From Rhodobacterales bacterium (GTDB taxonomy: Bacteria > Pseudomonadota > Alphaproteobacteria > Rhodobacterales > Rhodobacteraceae), in assembly GCA_041752495.1 (NCBI GenBank), contig JBGSWJ010000523.1, positions 38 to 64,037 on the forward strand: a stretch of 64,000 nt of DNA, in the 5' to 3' direction. Of the stretch, positions 49,631 to 60,242 are shown one piece after another. A program made the translations under genes and the position numbers. The notes beneath the pieces were generated by a model. That model was not told the origin of the DNA. It did no database searches and saw only the letters and a list, made by a program, of their open reading frames with translations. Position 1 is the first letter of the stretch. Each line of letters starts with the position of its first letter.

Positions 49631-49658
49631 CAAAGCAAAAGGGCGCCCGAAGGCGCCC
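49631..49658 (-). terminator. Rho-independent terminator of trxA
   Basis: Minus strand reads GGGCGCC-TTCG-GGCGCCC followed by TTTTGCTTTG. Confidence 0.7.
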
Positions 49659-49683
49659 TGTCATGATCGGCAAGAGGCCCCGA

Positions 49684-50004
49684 TCAGATCGACTGGAGGA
49701 TCCAGTTCTGCAATGCAGCCTTGGGGGCGGCACCTGCGCGGTTTGACACGACCTGGCCATCCTTGAAGACGAACAGGGCGGGAATGCCGCGCACACCCAT
49801 CTGGGCCGGGGAATTCGGGTTTTCGTCCACGTTCACTTTGACGATCTTGATCTTGCCTTCGTACTCGGCCGAGATCTCTTCGAGAGCGGGTCCGATCATC
49901 TTGCAGGGGCCACACCATTCGGCCCAGAAATCAACGACCACCGGAATGGTGGATTTGCGCACCTCGGCATCAAAGGTAGCGTCAGTCACAGCGACGGTTG
50001 CCAT
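49684..50004 (-). CDS. trxA: Thioredoxin
   Basis: Start [12 protein letters not shown] (ATG 50004), 106 aa; WCGPC active site. Confidence 0.95.
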   Translation of the reverse strand: MATVAVTDATFDAEVRKSTIPVVVDFWAEWCGPCKMIGPALEEISAEYEGKIKIVKVNVDENPNSPAQMGVRGIPALFVFKDGQVVSNRAGAAPKAALQNWILQSI

Positions 50005-50063
50005 CAGGTCTCTCCTCGGCATCACTTGTTGGAGGCGGAAGCTAGGACTGCCGCCACATATCG

Positions 50064-53000
50064 TCAAGACATGGTCGCTCTTTGCAAGGCGGCCATGCCA
50101 ACCGCGGGGGGAATCGGCATCAGTTGTCCGGTCGCCGTCCAGAGGATGGCGACATCGACGGGCCGGTCTGCATAAATCTGCGCCAGCATTGCCTGATACG
50201 CGCCCATTTGGCGGAGGATTCCTTCGGGAACGGCATCGGCGGTCCGGGGCACGATGCGGTTTGTCTTGAAATCAACTGCTGTGATGCGGTCCGGGGTGAT
50301 GATCAGCCGGTCAATTGTACCGCGAATGCGACCAAGTCCCGGAATCTCGGCAGTCAGGTCAACCTCGGGCAGGGTGTCGGCGGCAAAGACGTGGACAAGG
50401 GCGGGGGATTCCATCATCGCGATGACATCGCGGATCAGGTCAGACGGGTCACCGGCAATGCCGATTTCTTCGGTCAGTGAGAGAAGGTCGACGGCATAGG
50501 CGTAGCGGTTCTGTGGCGGAACATGCGGCAGGTGTTCAAGCAGGAGATGAATGATCGTCCCGCGCGCCAGAGCATATTCCAGGTCACCTTCAAGGTCATC
50601 GCCGATCACCTTTGCGCCCCCGAGATCGGAAGGCGAGCGGATCACCGGAAGGGCCGTCGTCCGTTCCGGTATCGAGGGCAGGTGGAGCACCTTGACCGGA
50701 TCGGAATCTGGCCGGGGGCGTTCAAGCAGGGGAAGATTCTCCCAATCAAGATAGGCGTAACGCTGCCCCGTCTCGCCGCCGAAATCATGTGGGGCGGACC
50801 CGGCCAGGGCCATCCCCTCTTCAACCATGGCATACCAGCTTTCGCCAGCGGTTCCGGTTTCGCCCGCGGCGCAGACTATCAGCCAGCTTTCTGCACGCGT
50901 CATTGCAACGTAAAGAAGGCGCCGCCTTTCCCGTTCCTGAGCCTTGATCATCTCTTCCCGGATATCGCGCATGGCCGCTGGCATCTGTGACACGGGAACG
51001 GCCCAAAGCTGATGGTCCCCGGCCGGGATTAGGTTGTCCTGTATCCTGATCGGTCGCTTGGCAGTGTCAGGCAGAATCACGATGGGGGATTCAAGGCCCT
51101 TTGACCCGTGGACCGTCATGACCCGAATGCGGTCACTGGCCGCATCCATCTGGCGTTTCACCTCAAGTTCGTCGGTGACCATCCATTCGACAAACCCGGT
51201 GAGGCCGGGGATTTCCGTCCGTTCATAGGCCAGTGCCTGCGAAAGCAACGCGTCAATGCCGTCTTCGGCTTCTGTCCCAAGTCGGGCCAGAAGTTTGCGG
51301 CGGCCATCGTGGCGCGTCAGAATGCGGTTGATCAGGTCGTAAGGGCGCAGGAAATCGGCCTGCAACCGCAGATCGTCGAGAATGGCCAGCGTTGCGCTGT
51401 GGTCGGATGCGCGGAGGGCCTGCCACAGATAACCGCGATCCGGGCGAGGGTGGGCCAGCGCATAAAGCTGCTGCTCGGTCCAGCCGAACAGGGGAGATTT
51501 CAGGGATGCGGCAAGGGAGAGGTCATCCTCTGGCAGGGCCAGAAACCGGAGGAGCGCACCGATGTCGCGCACGGCAAGTTCGGCCCCGACGCGCAACCGG
51601 TCGGCACCCGCCACGCGAAGCTTGCGGCTTTTGAGGGCCCGGATGATTTCGGCAAACAGATCTGATCGGCGCTGCACAAGAATCAGGATGTCGCCTTCGG
51701 TGATGCGGCGTTGGGCCCAGGTACCCTTTTCGGCTGTTTCAACGGGGATCGTGCCGAACTGAACCATTGCCGTGACGCGGTCGGCGAGTTGTTCGGCCAG
51801 AAGGATGGTTTGATGCCGTTCGCTGACCTGATCAACCGGATCGGTCCAGTGGCGATCTGCGGCCTCTTCGCTGACCGGGGCGATGGCAGGCCAAAGATCG
51901 ACGCGGCCCGGCATGTTGTCCTTGAACGCGAAATGGACAGGTTGATCGGGCCCCAACCCTTCCAGATGCGGGCCGCGAAAGGTGTGGTCCACAACGCGAA
52001 GGATCGCGGCCGAGGAACGGAACGAATAGTCGAGCGTCAGCGGAACAAGTGATTTGCCGATATTCTTCAATTGCCCGGCAAAGTGCCCTTGCATGCGGTC
52101 AAAGGCCTCGGGGTCGGCCCCCTGAAAGGAATAGATCGACTGTTTCTTGTCCCCCACGACAAAGATCGTGCGTTCCCGCCCGGGCTGCGCCCCTTCGCCC
52201 GAGGCGAATTCCTGCGCCAGATGTTCGATGACGGCCCATTGGGCGGGCGATGTATCCTGCGCTTCGTCCACAAGGATGTGGTCAATACCGCCATCGAGCC
52301 GGAAAAGCACCCATTGCGCCACCGCAGGATTGGTCAGAAGCGCACGGGAACGACCGATGAGGTCGTCAAAATCAAGCATCCCGCGGCGAAGCTTGGCCTC
52401 TTCATAGGCGGGGACAAAGGCGGCGGCAAAGGCATGAAGAGCCTGTGCCGGTGCCAGGGCAGCAAGCGCAAGCCGGTCGGCCCGGGCCGTTTCGACCCGT
52501 TCCATCACTTCTTCGATGGCCGAGACAAGCACAGGATCGGCGGCGCGGGTTGCCTTTGTCGGGAAGTTACCGATCTTGGCACCGAAAGGGGATTTCGCCT
52601 TCTCACCGTAGAGAAAGGCATCTTCAAGAATCTCAAGGTCAGAAAGGGTCGGGCGGCGGGTCATGCTGATGGCTGAAAGGCGGGCCGCTGCCTTCTGGTC
52701 GTTGGTCGAGCCCTTCTGGCATAGCGCGATCAGGTCGGAAATCAGGGCAAGGTCGGGTTCCGGAACGACAAAGTCGATCAACGCTTCTTCTCTCAGACCG
52801 TTTGCAAGTCCGAGCGCAGCGCGCAGTTCCGATTCAGTCGGGGGCGTGGCGAAGGATGCCCTTTCTGCAGCAATCTCTTGCAGCAGGGGCTCGATATCCT
52901 CGCCTGTGAAATGGCGGGCGAGCCCTTCGATAAGGTGGGCCTGCGGGCCCAAGGCGATCTCGTCCACGACTTCGGCCCGCAGAAGCGCGGCGGCGCGGTC

Positions 53001-53444
53001 CTCCATCTCGGTGAACTGGGGGCTGACGCCGGCCTCGAGTGGAAAGCGGCGCAAGAGGCCCGCGCAGAACGAATGGATTGTCTGGATCTTGAGCCCGCCG
53101 GGCGTTTCCATGGCCTGCGCGAACAGCGTGCGTGCCTTGCGCAGGCGGCTGTCGTCAAGAACGCCCTCAACCCCCAGAGTGCGAAGTTCTTTGCGCAGGC
53201 TGTCGCCGTCCTTCATCGCCCAGGATCCAAGACGGGCGAAAAGGCGGTTCTGCATCTCGCTTGCGGCAGCCTTGGTATAGGTCAGACAAAGGATATTTTG
53301 CGGGTCCACGCCGTTAAGCAGGAGGCGGGCCACGCGGTCTGTCAGAACGCGGGTCTTGCCCGAACCGGCGTTGGCTGAAAGCCAGGTCGAAGTCGTCGGG
53401 TCGGCGGCTGTGACCTGGCGTTCCGAGGCGGCATCGCGTTTCAT
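50064..53444 (-). CDS. addA: Double-strand break repair helicase AddA (alphaproteobacterial type)
   Basis: Start [10 protein letters not shown] (ATG 53444, immediately after the addB stop). Walker A ANAGSGKT, UvrD-like motifs and a C-terminal nuclease region. Confidence 0.92.
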   Translation of the reverse strand: MKRDAASERQVTAADPTTSTWLSANAGSGKTRVLTDRVARLLLNGVDPQNILCLTYTKAAASEMQNRLFARLGSWAMKDGDSLRKELRTLGVEGVLDDSRLRKARTLFAQAMETPGGLKIQTIHSFCAGLLRRFPLEAGVSPQFTEMEDRAAALLRAEVVDEIALGPQAHLIEGLARHFTGEDIEPLLQEIAAERASFATPPTESELRAALGLANGLREEALIDFVVPEPDLALISDLIALCQKGSTNDQKAAARLSAISMTRRPTLSDLEILEDAFLYGEKAKSPFGAKIGNFPTKATRAADPVLVSAIEEVMERVETARADRLALAALAPAQALHAFAAAFVPAYEEAKLRRGMLDFDDLIGRSRALLTNPAVAQWVLFRLDGGIDHILVDEAQDTSPAQWAVIEHLAQEFASGEGAQPGRERTIFVVGDKKQSIYSFQGADPEAFDRMQGHFAGQLKNIGKSLVPLTLDYSFRSSAAILRVVDHTFRGPHLEGLGPDQPVHFAFKDNMPGRVDLWPAIAPVSEEAADRHWTDPVDQVSERHQTILLAEQLADRVTAMVQFGTIPVETAEKGTWAQRRITEGDILILVQRRSDLFAEIIRALKSRKLRVAGADRLRVGAELAVRDIGALLRFLALPEDDLSLAASLKSPLFGWTEQQLYALAHPRPDRGYLWQALRASDHSATLAILDDLRLQADFLRPYDLINRILTRHDGRRKLLARLGTEAEDGIDALLSQALAYERTEIPGLTGFVEWMVTDELEVKRQMDAASDRIRVMTVHGSKGLESPIVILPDTAKRPIRIQDNLIPAGDHQLWAVPVSQMPAAMRDIREEMIKAQERERRRLLYVAMTRAESWLIVCAAGETGTAGESWYAMVEEGMALAGSAPHDFGGETGQRYAYLDWENLPLLERPRPDSDPVKVLHLPSIPERTTALPVIRSPSDLGGAKVIGDDLEGDLEYALARGTIIHLLLEHLPHVPPQNRYAYAVDLLSLTEEIGIAGDPSDLIRDVIAMMESPALVHVFAADTLPEVDLTAEIPGLGRIRGTIDRLIITPDRITAVDFKTNRIVPRTADAVPEGILRQMGAYQAMLAQIYADRPVDVAILWTATGQLMPIPPAVGMAALQRATMS

Positions 53445-56377
53445 GCAATATCCTCGGGCATGACGGGGGTCGACATATCCCATTCGCCGAAACGGGCAAG
53501 ATGATCGTAGTGTCCTGCGAACCCGTTTCGCTTGACCGCCATGCGCGAGGAGTAGCCGCGCATCGGATCGCGCCAGCGGATGATCAGATCGCGCAGTTCG
53601 GCCCAGATCTGAGCGGCCGGGATATCCTCGAGCGGAGCCGGAACCTCGCCCCGTTTTGTGCCGACACCGATGAACCGCGCACCAAGGACAGATTCGGCGG
53701 GCACGCCCGGAAAGCCGCCACGTTCCACCATTGCGGCTTCAAGAAGCAGCTGCTTTTCAAAGGCGCGCTGTTCCTTGTCCGACGGCGGGGTTCCGGTCTT
53801 GTAGTCATAGATCATGGCCCGTCCGTCGGAGTTCAGGTCAATACGGTCGGCCTTGGCCGTCAGGGTGAAATCAAGATCGTGGATCGAGGCGGCGCCTTTG
53901 ACTTCAAAGTGGGTTGGGGCGGCAAGGCGCCTGCGATCAACCTCGGTCTCGACGAACCAGTCGGCGATCCGGTCAAGTCGGGCAAGCCAAAGGTGCCGTG
54001 CCGTGGGCCAGGGGCATTCCGCCGCAAGGACCTGGGTCGCCACTTCGATCAGTTTCGCCCGCGCTGTCGGGTTGCCGGGGTCTGTGCCGGACCGGATGAA
54101 ATCTTCGAACACCTTGTGCAGGATCGTGCCGCGCAGCGGCGCATCAGGCGCAGGGGTGAGCGGATCAAGAGGCGCCAGGCGAAGGATCTTTTCCGCATAG
54201 ATGGCATAGGGATCGCGGACCAGGCGGGTGATCGCGGTGACGGAGAGGGATTTTGGACGGGCTGCAATGGGTGGGCGGGGCGAGGGGCGGGGGGCAGGGT
54301 CCACAACGTTCTGTGCTGCCGATTGGGCCAGCGCCTGACCGATCCAGGCCGTCCCGCGTTCCCGCATCGCAGACAGGGCGATGTCACCCCTTTGTTCCGG
54401 CAGGCCGGCCAGAAGGTTCGTCAGACGGTTGATCCAGCGCGATGCCACGGTTTGCGCATCGTCAGACCGGATCGACCTTGTGATCCAGACTTCCCGTGCG
54501 GCAATCGCCTGGCTGTAGTCATGGGCTGAGAGGCCGATCTGCCTTTCGGGCAGCAACAGGCCCGCCTTTTGACGCAGCACGCGGTTAAGCCAGGGGTCAG
54601 GGACAGGGGACTTGGGCCATGTGCCTTCATTCATCCCGCCCAGGATGATGAGATCGGCGCTTTGGACCCGCGCCTCGAGCGTACCCCAGATCAGCACCTG
54701 GGGGTGCCCCTTGTCGCGGTCGCGGACTTCACCGCTGTTCAGGACGGAATTGAACAGGGCGGCATAGTCGCGGAGGGACAGGACCCCGCCCGCATCGGAA
54801 TGGCGGACCAGATCGTCGCAGACCGCCCGGGCTGAACGGCCCGCAGCCTCGGCCCAGAGCGTGCCCGCACCTTCGGCATCTGGCCCGGCAGCGATGCGGT
54901 CGGACAGGGCGAGGTGGTGTTTCAGATGATCCGAAAGCCCTTGTGTCGCCGCGCCGGTCAGCACATCTGTCCATGCTGCGATCCACCGGGCCCAGTTCAG
55001 CCGGCCCGGGTCCGACCCGCCCGTCAGTTCTGCCCAGTGGACGACGTCTGCGCCGGTAGGAAAAGGCGGCCCTTTGCGGCGGATCGAAAGTTCGAGTTCA
55101 CGGGTCCGCAAGAGGTGATCGCCCCGGTCGTCACGTCCGCTGTGGCAGAGCGGGTGCTTGAGCAGGGAGAGTAAGGCTTCGGCTGTGATCCTCTCTCCGG
55201 CCAGGGCGGCAATCTGGCGCAGAAACCGACCTGGCGGCGACAGGGGGAGCGGCATCCCGGCACTGTCGTCAGGGACGATGCGCCAACGGTCAAGCGCGGC
55301 GGCAACCTGCCGGGTCAGCATCCGGTCAGGCGTGATGAGCGCGGCTGTGATGCCTTCGTCGATGGCCGTTCGCAGACGGAGCGCGATGACCTCGGCCTCG
55401 ACCCGGGGAGAGGGTGCCTCGACAAGGGTCATGCCTGCGGTGGCAGAGATAAGGTCCCCGAGGTCCGCGCCGTCAGTTCGCCATTGATCGGTGACAGGGG
55501 CCGGGCGCAGGGAGAGCGAAACAAGCCGGTTCCGCGCCGGTGACGGTGCGGGTGAACCTGTCCAGCGGTGAACATCCCGGGGACCAAGGCCAAGCTGATC
55601 CATCAGCCGCCGGAAGCGGAACTGGGGGTGGTCTTCGCCCGTCAGGGCGTCGTCAAGCCGGTCCCAGGCCGAGGTAGGAAGATCGAAATCGAAACCGGGA
55701 AGGATCACAGCCCCCTGGGGAAGGTTTGCAACGGCCTGAAGAAGAAGCGCCGTTGCCCCCCGCGAGCCAGTCGAACCGGCGACGATGACCGGCGACTGTG
55801 GTGGTTCAGATTGCCATCTCCGGGTCAGACGCTGGATGACCTGACGTTGCCTGTGTTCCTTGTCTGCGCTTTCGTCTGAAAACTGCCGGGCGATCTGCAG
55901 AAATTGAAGCGCGCGCGCCCAATGGCCCGACAGGTCTGTCACGTCCAGGGCGGCAATGGTTTCGTCGGTCACGCCTTCGCCCGCCATTTCGTCGAACAAG
56001 GTGGCGAGACTGTCGGACAGGTCGAACAGTGCGGACCTTGGCGCAAGATCGGGCTGGCTATCGATCAGCTGGGCCACCAGTTGCGACAGTTCCAGCCGAC
56101 GCCGAAGCGGCGCGACTGGGGGAGGAAGATCCGAGCCGATGGGATCAAGGGCGAGGTCGGTGATCAACCTGATCCTTGGCAAAAGGCGCGGGGGACCGGC
56201 ATCAAAAATCTCTCTGATCCGGCGCTGCATGCGGCGTGTGTTAACGAAGAGCGTGACATGCGCCCAGTCGGCGGGGGCTGCGGCGCCGAGGCGATCCTCA
56301 AGACCCTTCACAACCTCGCGCCCGAAATCGACGCCGGGCGGCAGGGCGAAAAGGCGGGGTCCGGGGGCATCAAACAT
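53441..56377 (-). CDS. addB: Double-strand break repair protein AddB
   Basis: Start MFDAPGPRLFALPPGVDF (ATG 56377). PD-(D/E)xK-like C-terminus. Synteny with addA. Confidence 0.88.
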   Translation of the reverse strand: MFDAPGPRLFALPPGVDFGREVVKGLEDRLGAAAPADWAHVTLFVNTRRMQRRIREIFDAGPPRLLPRIRLITDLALDPIGSDLPPPVAPLRRRLELSQLVAQLIDSQPDLAPRSALFDLSDSLATLFDEMAGEGVTDETIAALDVTDLSGHWARALQFLQIARQFSDESADKEHRQRQVIQRLTRRWQSEPPQSPVIVAGSTGSRGATALLLQAVANLPQGAVILPGFDFDLPTSAWDRLDDALTGEDHPQFRFRRLMDQLGLGPRDVHRWTGSPAPSPARNRLVSLSLRPAPVTDQWRTDGADLGDLISATAGMTLVEAPSPRVEAEVIALRLRTAIDEGITAALITPDRMLTRQVAAALDRWRIVPDDSAGMPLPLSPPGRFLRQIAALAGERITAEALLSLLKHPLCHSGRDDRGDHLLRTRELELSIRRKGPPFPTGADVVHWAELTGGSDPGRLNWARWIAAWTDVLTGAATQGLSDHLKHHLALSDRIAAGPDAEGAGTLWAEAAGRSARAVCDDLVRHSDAGGVLSLRDYAALFNSVLNSGEVRDRDKGHPQVLIWGTLEARVQSADLIILGGMNEGTWPKSPVPDPWLNRVLRQKAGLLLPERQIGLSAHDYSQAIAAREVWITRSIRSDDAQTVASRWINRLTNLLAGLPEQRGDIALSAMRERGTAWIGQALAQSAAQNVVDPAPRPSPRPPIAARPKSLSVTAITRLVRDPYAIYAEKILRLAPLDPLTPAPDAPLRGTILHKVFEDFIRSGTDPGNPTARAKLIEVATQVLAAECPWPTARHLWLARLDRIADWFVETEVDRRRLAAPTHFEVKGAASIHDLDFTLTAKADRIDLNSDGRAMIYDYKTGTPPSDKEQRAFEKQLLLEAAMVERGGFPGVPAESVLGARFIGVGTKRGEVPAPLEDIPAAQIWAELRDLIIRWRDPMRGYSSRMAVKRNGFAGHYDHLARFGEWDMSTPVMPEDIA

Positions 56378-57056
56378 GGGTCTGACCCAGCAGGGCATCG
56401 GCGAGGGGGAGGCTTTCGGGGCGGCCCACGTCGCACCATTGGCCGGTATAGACAATGCCGAACAGCGTCTTGCGGGCAATCATCCTGTCCCAGAGAAGGT
56501 TCAGCGAGAATACCTTGTCGGGGATTTCATCTAGTCCTTCGGTCCGCAAGATCTGCGCGCCGGAATAGACCAGACCCGGCCCGCGCGACAAAAGCCCGTC
56601 GGGTGCGAGCACGAAATCTCCGCCACCGGTGTGGCCGATGGCGGCCTCTCGGGGGAGGAGGAGCAAGAGCCCCTCCATCCGTGTCGGATTCCACGCGGCC
56701 TTGAGCGCTGCGAGCGGATTTGGACCGCGCCAGATGGCATCGCTGTTCAGCGTAAATGCCGGACCTGCCCCAAGCAGGGGACGTGCGTGACGCAATCCCC
56801 CGCCGGTTTCGAGGATCTGATCGGTTTCGTCCGAGAAGAGCACGCCCCGACCGGCAAGGTGGCTGCGGATCATGTCGGCCTTGTAATGGGTGTTGACGAC
56901 GATCCGCTGCAGCCCGGCTCCATTGGCAAGGTCAAGCACATGGTCGATCAAGGCTTGTCCGCCGACGCCGATCAGCGGCTTTGGTCTGTCGCGGGTCAGC
57001 GCGCCCATGCGCGTCCCCAGGCCTGCAGCAAAAATCATGAGTGCCTCGGGAGTCAT
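56370..57056 (-). CDS. murU: Sugar-1-phosphate nucleotidyltransferase (MurU-like)
   Basis: 228 aa; FAAGLGTRMGALTRDRPKPL motif. Paired with the upstream kinase gene. Confidence 0.7.
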   Translation of the reverse strand: MTPEALMIFAAGLGTRMGALTRDRPKPLIGVGGQALIDHVLDLANGAGLQRIVVNTHYKADMIRSHLAGRGVLFSDETDQILETGGGLRHARPLLGAGPAFTLNSDAIWRGPNPLAALKAAWNPTRMEGLLLLLPREAAIGHTGGGDFVLAPDGLLSRGPGLVYSGAQILRTEGLDEIPDKVFSLNLLWDRMIARKTLFGIVYTGQWCDVGRPESLPLADALLGQTHV

Positions 57057-58039
57057 TCCGCTGCCTTTGCTGGCAAGTGCAAGACTGGGGCAAGTGCCTG
57101 CCGCAGGTCGGTCAGCGCGGGATGGGCCAGGTCGTCATGGACGTGGGCCAGAACACGGGGAATGAGGCCGAGATAGCGTGCCTTGCCGTCGCGACGGGCA
57201 AGGCGGGCAAAGATGCCAAGGATGCGGAGGTTCCGCTGCACACCAAGGACCGCCGCCGCTGTTGCGATATCGTTGGGTCTGCGGCCTGTAGCCGTGGCGA
57301 AACGAGCCAACATGGCATTCCGCACATCGATCGAAACATCTCGGCGAGCATCACGAAGGAGGGAAACGAGGTCATAGGCCGGAGGCGCACAGACAGCATC
57401 CTGAAAGTCGAGCAGACCGACACGGTCGGTGCCCTGCAAGGCTGGCCGCCAAATCAGGTTTTCCGCGTGAAAATCGCGCAGGGCAAGACGGTCTGGCACC
57501 CCGGCGTGATCTGACAGGGCCTGGCGCAAAAGGTCGATGATCCCTGCTGCCTGATCTGTGCTGGCCATGGGACGATACCATTCGAACATCGGGCGGATCA
57601 TTTCAGCCGCATAGGGCGGATCAAGGACGATCAATTCGGCAGGCGCCGGGGACGACTGAAGTCGGACAAGCACATCGACCGCTGCGGCATAAAGCGTCTC
57701 CTCCTCGGCCGGATGTGTATAGAGCCATTGAGCAAACTGAAGCGGACCAAGGTCCTGAAGGATGAGCATTCGATTAGTGTCGTCGACGTCGAAGACCTTT
57801 GGCGCGGCAAGGCCGATGGATCGCAGATGGGTGGCAATCCTTTGGAATGCGACGAACGGTGCAGGTGGTTCGGCCGATGCGTCCATCAGGATCGTCGTGG
57901 ACCCGTCGGACCCTGTCAGGCGGGCATAGCGGCGTGATGACGCGTCGCCCGACATCGGATGCACCGCCCAGCCAGCGAATTCGGTTCCGGCAAGAAAGTC
58001 AGTCAAGCCAACTCTCCAGCCTTTGACGCCATGGGTCAT
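57053..58039 (-). CDS. amgK: Aminoglycoside-phosphotransferase-fold sugar kinase (AmgK-like)
   Basis: GDASSRRYARL N-terminal motif and HRDFHAENLIW-type catalytic loop (LRDFHAENLIW). The start is uncertain; I chose MTHGVKGW at 58039. Confidence 0.68.
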   Translation of the reverse strand: MTHGVKGWRVGLTDFLAGTEFAGWAVHPMSGDASSRRYARLTGSDGSTTILMDASAEPPAPFVAFQRIATHLRSIGLAAPKVFDVDDTNRMLILQDLGPLQFAQWLYTHPAEEETLYAAAVDVLVRLQSSPAPAELIVLDPPYAAEMIRPMFEWYRPMASTDQAAGIIDLLRQALSDHAGVPDRLALRDFHAENLIWRPALQGTDRVGLLDFQDAVCAPPAYDLVSLLRDARRDVSIDVRNAMLARFATATGRRPNDIATAAAVLGVQRNLRILGIFARLARRDGKARYLGLIPRVLAHVHDDLAHPALTDLRQALAPVLHLPAKAAE

Positions 58040-58469
58040 CCCCTTCGACTGACAGGATGTGCGGACCTTCGGGCGTTGCCAAGAAGTCGATCCTGAGGGC
58101 GGCAGTGGGTGCGAGCGAACCAAGTCGATCCGGCCATTCGACAAGGCAGATTGAACTGTCAAACGCCTCCTCAAGCCCGAGTTCGGCCGCCTCGTCGGGG
58201 TGGGTCAAGCGGTAAAGGTCGGCGTGCCAGATTTTGGTATCTTTTGTGGGGTATGTCTGGACCAGCGTGAAGGTGGGCGACGGGACGTCTTCGTTCGGAT
58301 TTCCTGTCAGCGCGCGGATCAGGGCGCGGGCAAAGGTGGATTTTCCGGCGCCGATCGGACCGGACAGCAAGAGGCAGTCGCCTGCATGCAGGCTAGGTGC
58401 CAAGCGCGCTGCAAGGGCGGCGGTCGACATTTCGTCGGGAAGCAACAGAGGTCCGGCGCGGTAAGTCAT
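57999..58469 (-). CDS. tsaE: tRNA t6A37 biosynthesis ATPase TsaE
   Basis: 156 aa; GPIGAGKSTFARALIRAL P-loop. Confidence 0.9.
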   Translation of the reverse strand: MTYRAGPLLLPDEMSTAALAARLAPSLHAGDCLLLSGPIGAGKSTFARALIRALTGNPNEDVPSPTFTLVQTYPTKDTKIWHADLYRLTHPDEAAELGLEEAFDSSICLVEWPDRLGSLAPTAALRIDFLATPEGPHILSVEGDDPWRQRLESWLD

Positions 58470-58509
58470 GGTCCGAGACTAGGTGACGGGCCGACGCCCG
58501 CAAGTCAAA

Positions 58510-60120
58510 TCAGACCCCGGAAATGGCGCGCGATCTGGATTGGGGAACGACGGAATCTGTGTACAGATCAGTCAGGCTAGGATCTTGGGCCGGTGTGCGA
58601 AGGCCGATCAGAGTGTTACCCCCTTGAAGGGGTGTCACGCGGCAATTCATTGGGCGGCCGTCATCAAGCCGGAACAAATCCTGCCAGGGTTTGCGGTCTG
58701 ACACGCTTTCCATGCTGCGCAGGATGCGGTCCCAGATCGGGGTGGGGCCCGAACGTCCGCGCCAGCGCCGGATTTCGTCGGTTATGCTGATGTCGGACAG
58801 GGCCTCTTTGGCCAGGCCTGCGATGCGGGCGTATCCGGCATTGCTCATCACCAAAGTACCGGCCGGGGAAAACACCGCAATCGCCTCGTCAAGACTGTCC
58901 AGCGTGGCCTGTGCCGTTTCCAGTTCACTGCGGAATTGGCGGGTCAGCAGGATTTCGTCACTGATATCTTCGAACAGAAAGGCGATTGCCCCGTCTGGAT
59001 GCGGCCGCCCGGTGACCCGGTAGGTGCGCCCGGACGGCAGATACCAGTTTTCACAATAGGTGCCCCGGACGGCCGCCGCTTCCAGGGCAGCGACCTGGTC
59101 GCGCCAGTTGGCATAGTTCCTGGGTTCCGGAAGCATGTTCATGTCGTGCAGGCGATCAAGGACCGAGTTCACAAGGGGACGGGCGCTCAGGAAGGTGACG
59201 GGCAGGCCCGTGAGATCGAGAAGGGCCGGATTGAACAGCGACAGCCGCCGTTCGCGGTCAAATATGGCAAGGCCGATTGTCAGATGGGCAAAGGTCTTGG
59301 TCAGGGTCTGGATGAACTTGTGCCGCCCGCTTTCGGCCTGGATAAGGTTGTTGGCATCCGCTGCAAAGTGAACGGTGTCCCTGCCGCGCCGGACCGAGGT
59401 GACTTCGAACCACATTGGTTCGGTCATGCCCGGAAGCAGGATCGGTGCGCGCCGGGCAATGGTTCTGCCTTCGGACGGGACAGGCGCGATATTCTTGAAG
59501 ATCGGGTCGACGGGCCAGAGAGGATCGCCATCGGTCGCAGGCGTGATCTGATCGGCCAGCCGCAGATAGGCGCTGTTGGCCCAGGTCAAGCGGCCATCGG
59601 CATCCTGTTTCCATATCAGCTGCGGCGCGTCTTCGGCGATGCTGCGAAGGATGTCGAGTTCCGATTCAAGTGATGCGATCAGATGGGAGGCGCTGTCGCC
59701 ATCGCCTGTCAGAGGTCCGGAGAGGGTAAGCCGCACAAGACCATGGCTCGCCTCTACGGTGATCTGATTGCGGGTATCAGTCCCGGAAAGGCAGAGGATG
59801 GAGGACTGACCCGTTGCGCGGCGCATCGACCGGAACCGTTCGGCAAGATCCGGGAAATGACGGGAGAGTTCGGCAATCAGGCTGTTCTGATCGGCATCAC
59901 CCATCTGGCGGGACGTCAGGAAGAGCCGCGCGGTTGGTGTGGCGTCGGCAAGAACCCCGTTCTCGAATAGAATGACTGTCTCTGACTCTGCAGCCTGTGG
60001 CGGAACAGTATGACGGACCTGCCGACGTCCAAACAGGTAGTGGAAAAGCCCGATGATCGCGCCTGCCAGCGTTACCGACAGGAACATGACAATCAGAATC
60101 AAAATCGAACGATCTGTCAT
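58510..60120 (-). CDS. Membrane-anchored PAS-domain signalling protein without recognisable kinase domains
   Basis: 536 aa; N-terminal TM helix (ILILIVMFLSVTLAGAIIGLF). PAS-like segments such as ..GLAIFDRERRLSLFNPALLDLTGLP... I could not see an H-box or a G1/G2 box. Confidence 0.7.
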   Translation of the reverse strand: MTDRSILILIVMFLSVTLAGAIIGLFHYLFGRRQVRHTVPPQAAESETVILFENGVLADATPTARLFLTSRQMGDADQNSLIAELSRHFPDLAERFRSMRRATGQSSILCLSGTDTRNQITVEASHGLVRLTLSGPLTGDGDSASHLIASLESELDILRSIAEDAPQLIWKQDADGRLTWANSAYLRLADQITPATDGDPLWPVDPIFKNIAPVPSEGRTIARRAPILLPGMTEPMWFEVTSVRRGRDTVHFAADANNLIQAESGRHKFIQTLTKTFAHLTIGLAIFDRERRLSLFNPALLDLTGLPVTFLSARPLVNSVLDRLHDMNMLPEPRNYANWRDQVAALEAAAVRGTYCENWYLPSGRTYRVTGRPHPDGAIAFLFEDISDEILLTRQFRSELETAQATLDSLDEAIAVFSPAGTLVMSNAGYARIAGLAKEALSDISITDEIRRWRGRSGPTPIWDRILRSMESVSDRKPWQDLFRLDDGRPMNCRVTPLQGGNTLIGLRTPAQDPSLTDLYTDSVVPQSRSRAISGV

Positions 60121-60170
60121 AATCCGAGGGGCCCGTCCTGACTCAACCGTTCGACGATGCGGCAGATAGG

Positions 60171-60208
60171 TTAACTGACCGTTAACTCAGCGTTAATCGC
60201 GTGGTAAT
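60171..60208. promoter_or_regulatory. Tandem CtrA-type binding sites (TTAA-N7-TTAAC) upstream of the PAS gene
   Basis: TTAACtgaccgTTAACtcagcgTTAATcgcgtggTAAT. Half-sites start at 60171, 60182, 60193 and ~60204/5 with 11-bp phasing, 51-88 nt upstream of the ATG at 60120. Confidence 0.5.
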
Positions 60209-60242
60209 CCTCGAACCGGGCGTTGTGGACGGCGTGTTCGTA

